From the NCBI GenBank assembly GCA_043805855.1, contig JAZDHP010000053.1:1-26651 (forward strand): a stretch of DNA of 26,651 bases, given 5' to 3'. The number at the start of each line of letters is the position of its first letter. Within the stretch, counting starts at the first letter, position 1. Below are positions 25,681 to 26,651 of this stretch, piece by piece. Position numbers and translations under genes: made by a program. The notes under the pieces are model-generated. The model was given only the letters and a program-made list of their open reading frames with translations, was not told where the DNA came from and did not search any database. Source of the stretch: Candidatus Micrarchaeota archaeon (GTDB lineage Archaea; Micrarchaeota; Micrarchaeia; Norongarragalinales; UBA8480).

Positions 25681-26418
25681 ATGCATATAATGAACAATTT
25701 GCACTTCAGTTTGGAACGTCAACTGCACAACGGCGACAAAATCGCAATCGCAGCAATAATTATATCTTTAATCGCCGGTGGGCTACTTTACAATTACTTG
25801 CCTGAACAAGTTGCAAGCCACTGGAACGCAGATGGAATCGCAGACGGGTTCACAAACCGCGAAAACCTAATCGTTGGCTTTCCAATTTTAATGCTGTTAA
25901 CTTACCTCGCGCTTTCGCTGCTCCCGAAAGTAAAGGAATTAAAATTCGAAATGCACTTACTGCACAAAGAATACGCTTCGCTAAAAGCCGCAGTTTTACT
26001 ATTCATGCTCTACGTTCACCTAGTTATAATATATTCAAACACTGACTACGCGCTTCTCCACGTTTCAACCCCACAGCTCATATTTCCCGGACTGTCAATA
26101 CTATTCTACTATATTGCAACTCTACTGCCTCAACTAAAACGCAACTACTTAATTGGCATAAGAACACCATGGACAATTCACAACGACGCAGTATGGACAA
26201 AGACCCACGCAGTTGGCGCAAAATTATTCAAAGCGCTATCAGTAGCAATTATGTTCGCAACGCTAACCTCAAGCAGAATATCAACATGGCTAGTAGTAGC
26301 GCCAATCCTCTTCGTCGCCGTGTTCCTAGTAGTATACTCCTACTCACTGCACCGAAAACTAGAAAAACAACACAAGCTAACGAAGAAATCAACAAAGGCA
26401 AAGAAGAAAAAACGTTAA
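25681..26418 (+). CDS. SdpI/DUF1648 family membrane protein
   Basis: 'LPEQVASHWNADGIADGF' and 'RNYLIGIRTPWT...VWTKTH'. Confidence 0.9.
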   Translation: MHIMNNLHFSLERQLHNGDKIAIAAIIISLIAGGLLYNYLPEQVASHWNADGIADGFTNRENLIVGFPILMLLTYLALSLLPKVKELKFEMHLLHKEYASLKAAVLLFMLYVHLVIIYSNTDYALLHVSTPQLIFPGLSILFYYIATLLPQLKRNYLIGIRTPWTIHNDAVWTKTHAVGAKLFKALSVAIMFATLTSSRISTWLVVAPILFVAVFLVVYSYSLHRKLEKQHKLTKKSTKAKKKKR

Positions 26419-26574
26419 TTTAGTCCACAATTAAATCACACCTAGCTTCTGCCTTACCTAGGCAAATAACTAAATCGCTAATGCTAAAGGTTAAAATAAA
26501 ATTCTAAAAAAGAGAGTTAAAGAAAAAAAATGTAAAAATAAAAAAGATATTTGTATGAACGCTAGCAAACTAAA

Positions 26575-26651
26575 CTATTTGCTTGAGAGGCCTTTCTTCT
26601 TGATGAAGACCCACAGTTTCTTGGTCATTTCACTCGGAGTTAATGCTCCAG
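26575..26651 (-). CDS. C-terminal fragment of a small SWIB/MDM2-like protein (cut by the window edge)
   Basis: Minus-strand frame GALTPSEMTKKLWVFIKKKGLSSK*, resembling the SWIB pattern 'EVTKKLWxYIK'; not in the ORF track. Confidence 0.6.
   Translation of the reverse strand, partial: GALTPSEMTKKLWVFIKKKGLSSK

Noticed and set aside
26449..26465. Small hairpin TGCCT-TACCT-AGGCA and nearby A-tracts
   Set aside because: Too short to be significant; no Y-R-mirrorR pattern; probably an ordinary convergent terminator region.

Overview
Archaeal chromosomal segment; the gene style suggests a DPANN lineage such as Micrarchaeota, which is my inference. Housekeeping genes include PolD DP1 and DP2, hisS, a CPA2 antiporter, a YgjP-like metalloprotease and UPF0147. 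Other genes are three glycosyltransferases, an Ig-repeat surface protein, two toxin-antitoxin-like pairs, two bPH_2 membrane proteins, an SdpI-like protein and a cluster with two FecR-like proteins. The most notable content is non-coding. (1) Three tRNA genes, Ala-CGC, His-GTG and Arg-CCT, carry five bulge-helix-bulge (BHB) introns; tRNA-Arg alone has three. (2) All five introns, plus the 3' trailers of tRNA-Ala and tRNA-His, contain the same three-tract element: a pyrimidine tract, its reverse complement, then the MIRROR image of that purine tract. The three tracts covary across seven copies, which is the geometry of an intrastrand triple helix. (3) A complete C/D-box guide sRNA lies at 13326-13384. 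(4) An unassigned, highly structured ~250-nt RNA candidate lies at 8966-9216. All calls were made by eye with no database searches.
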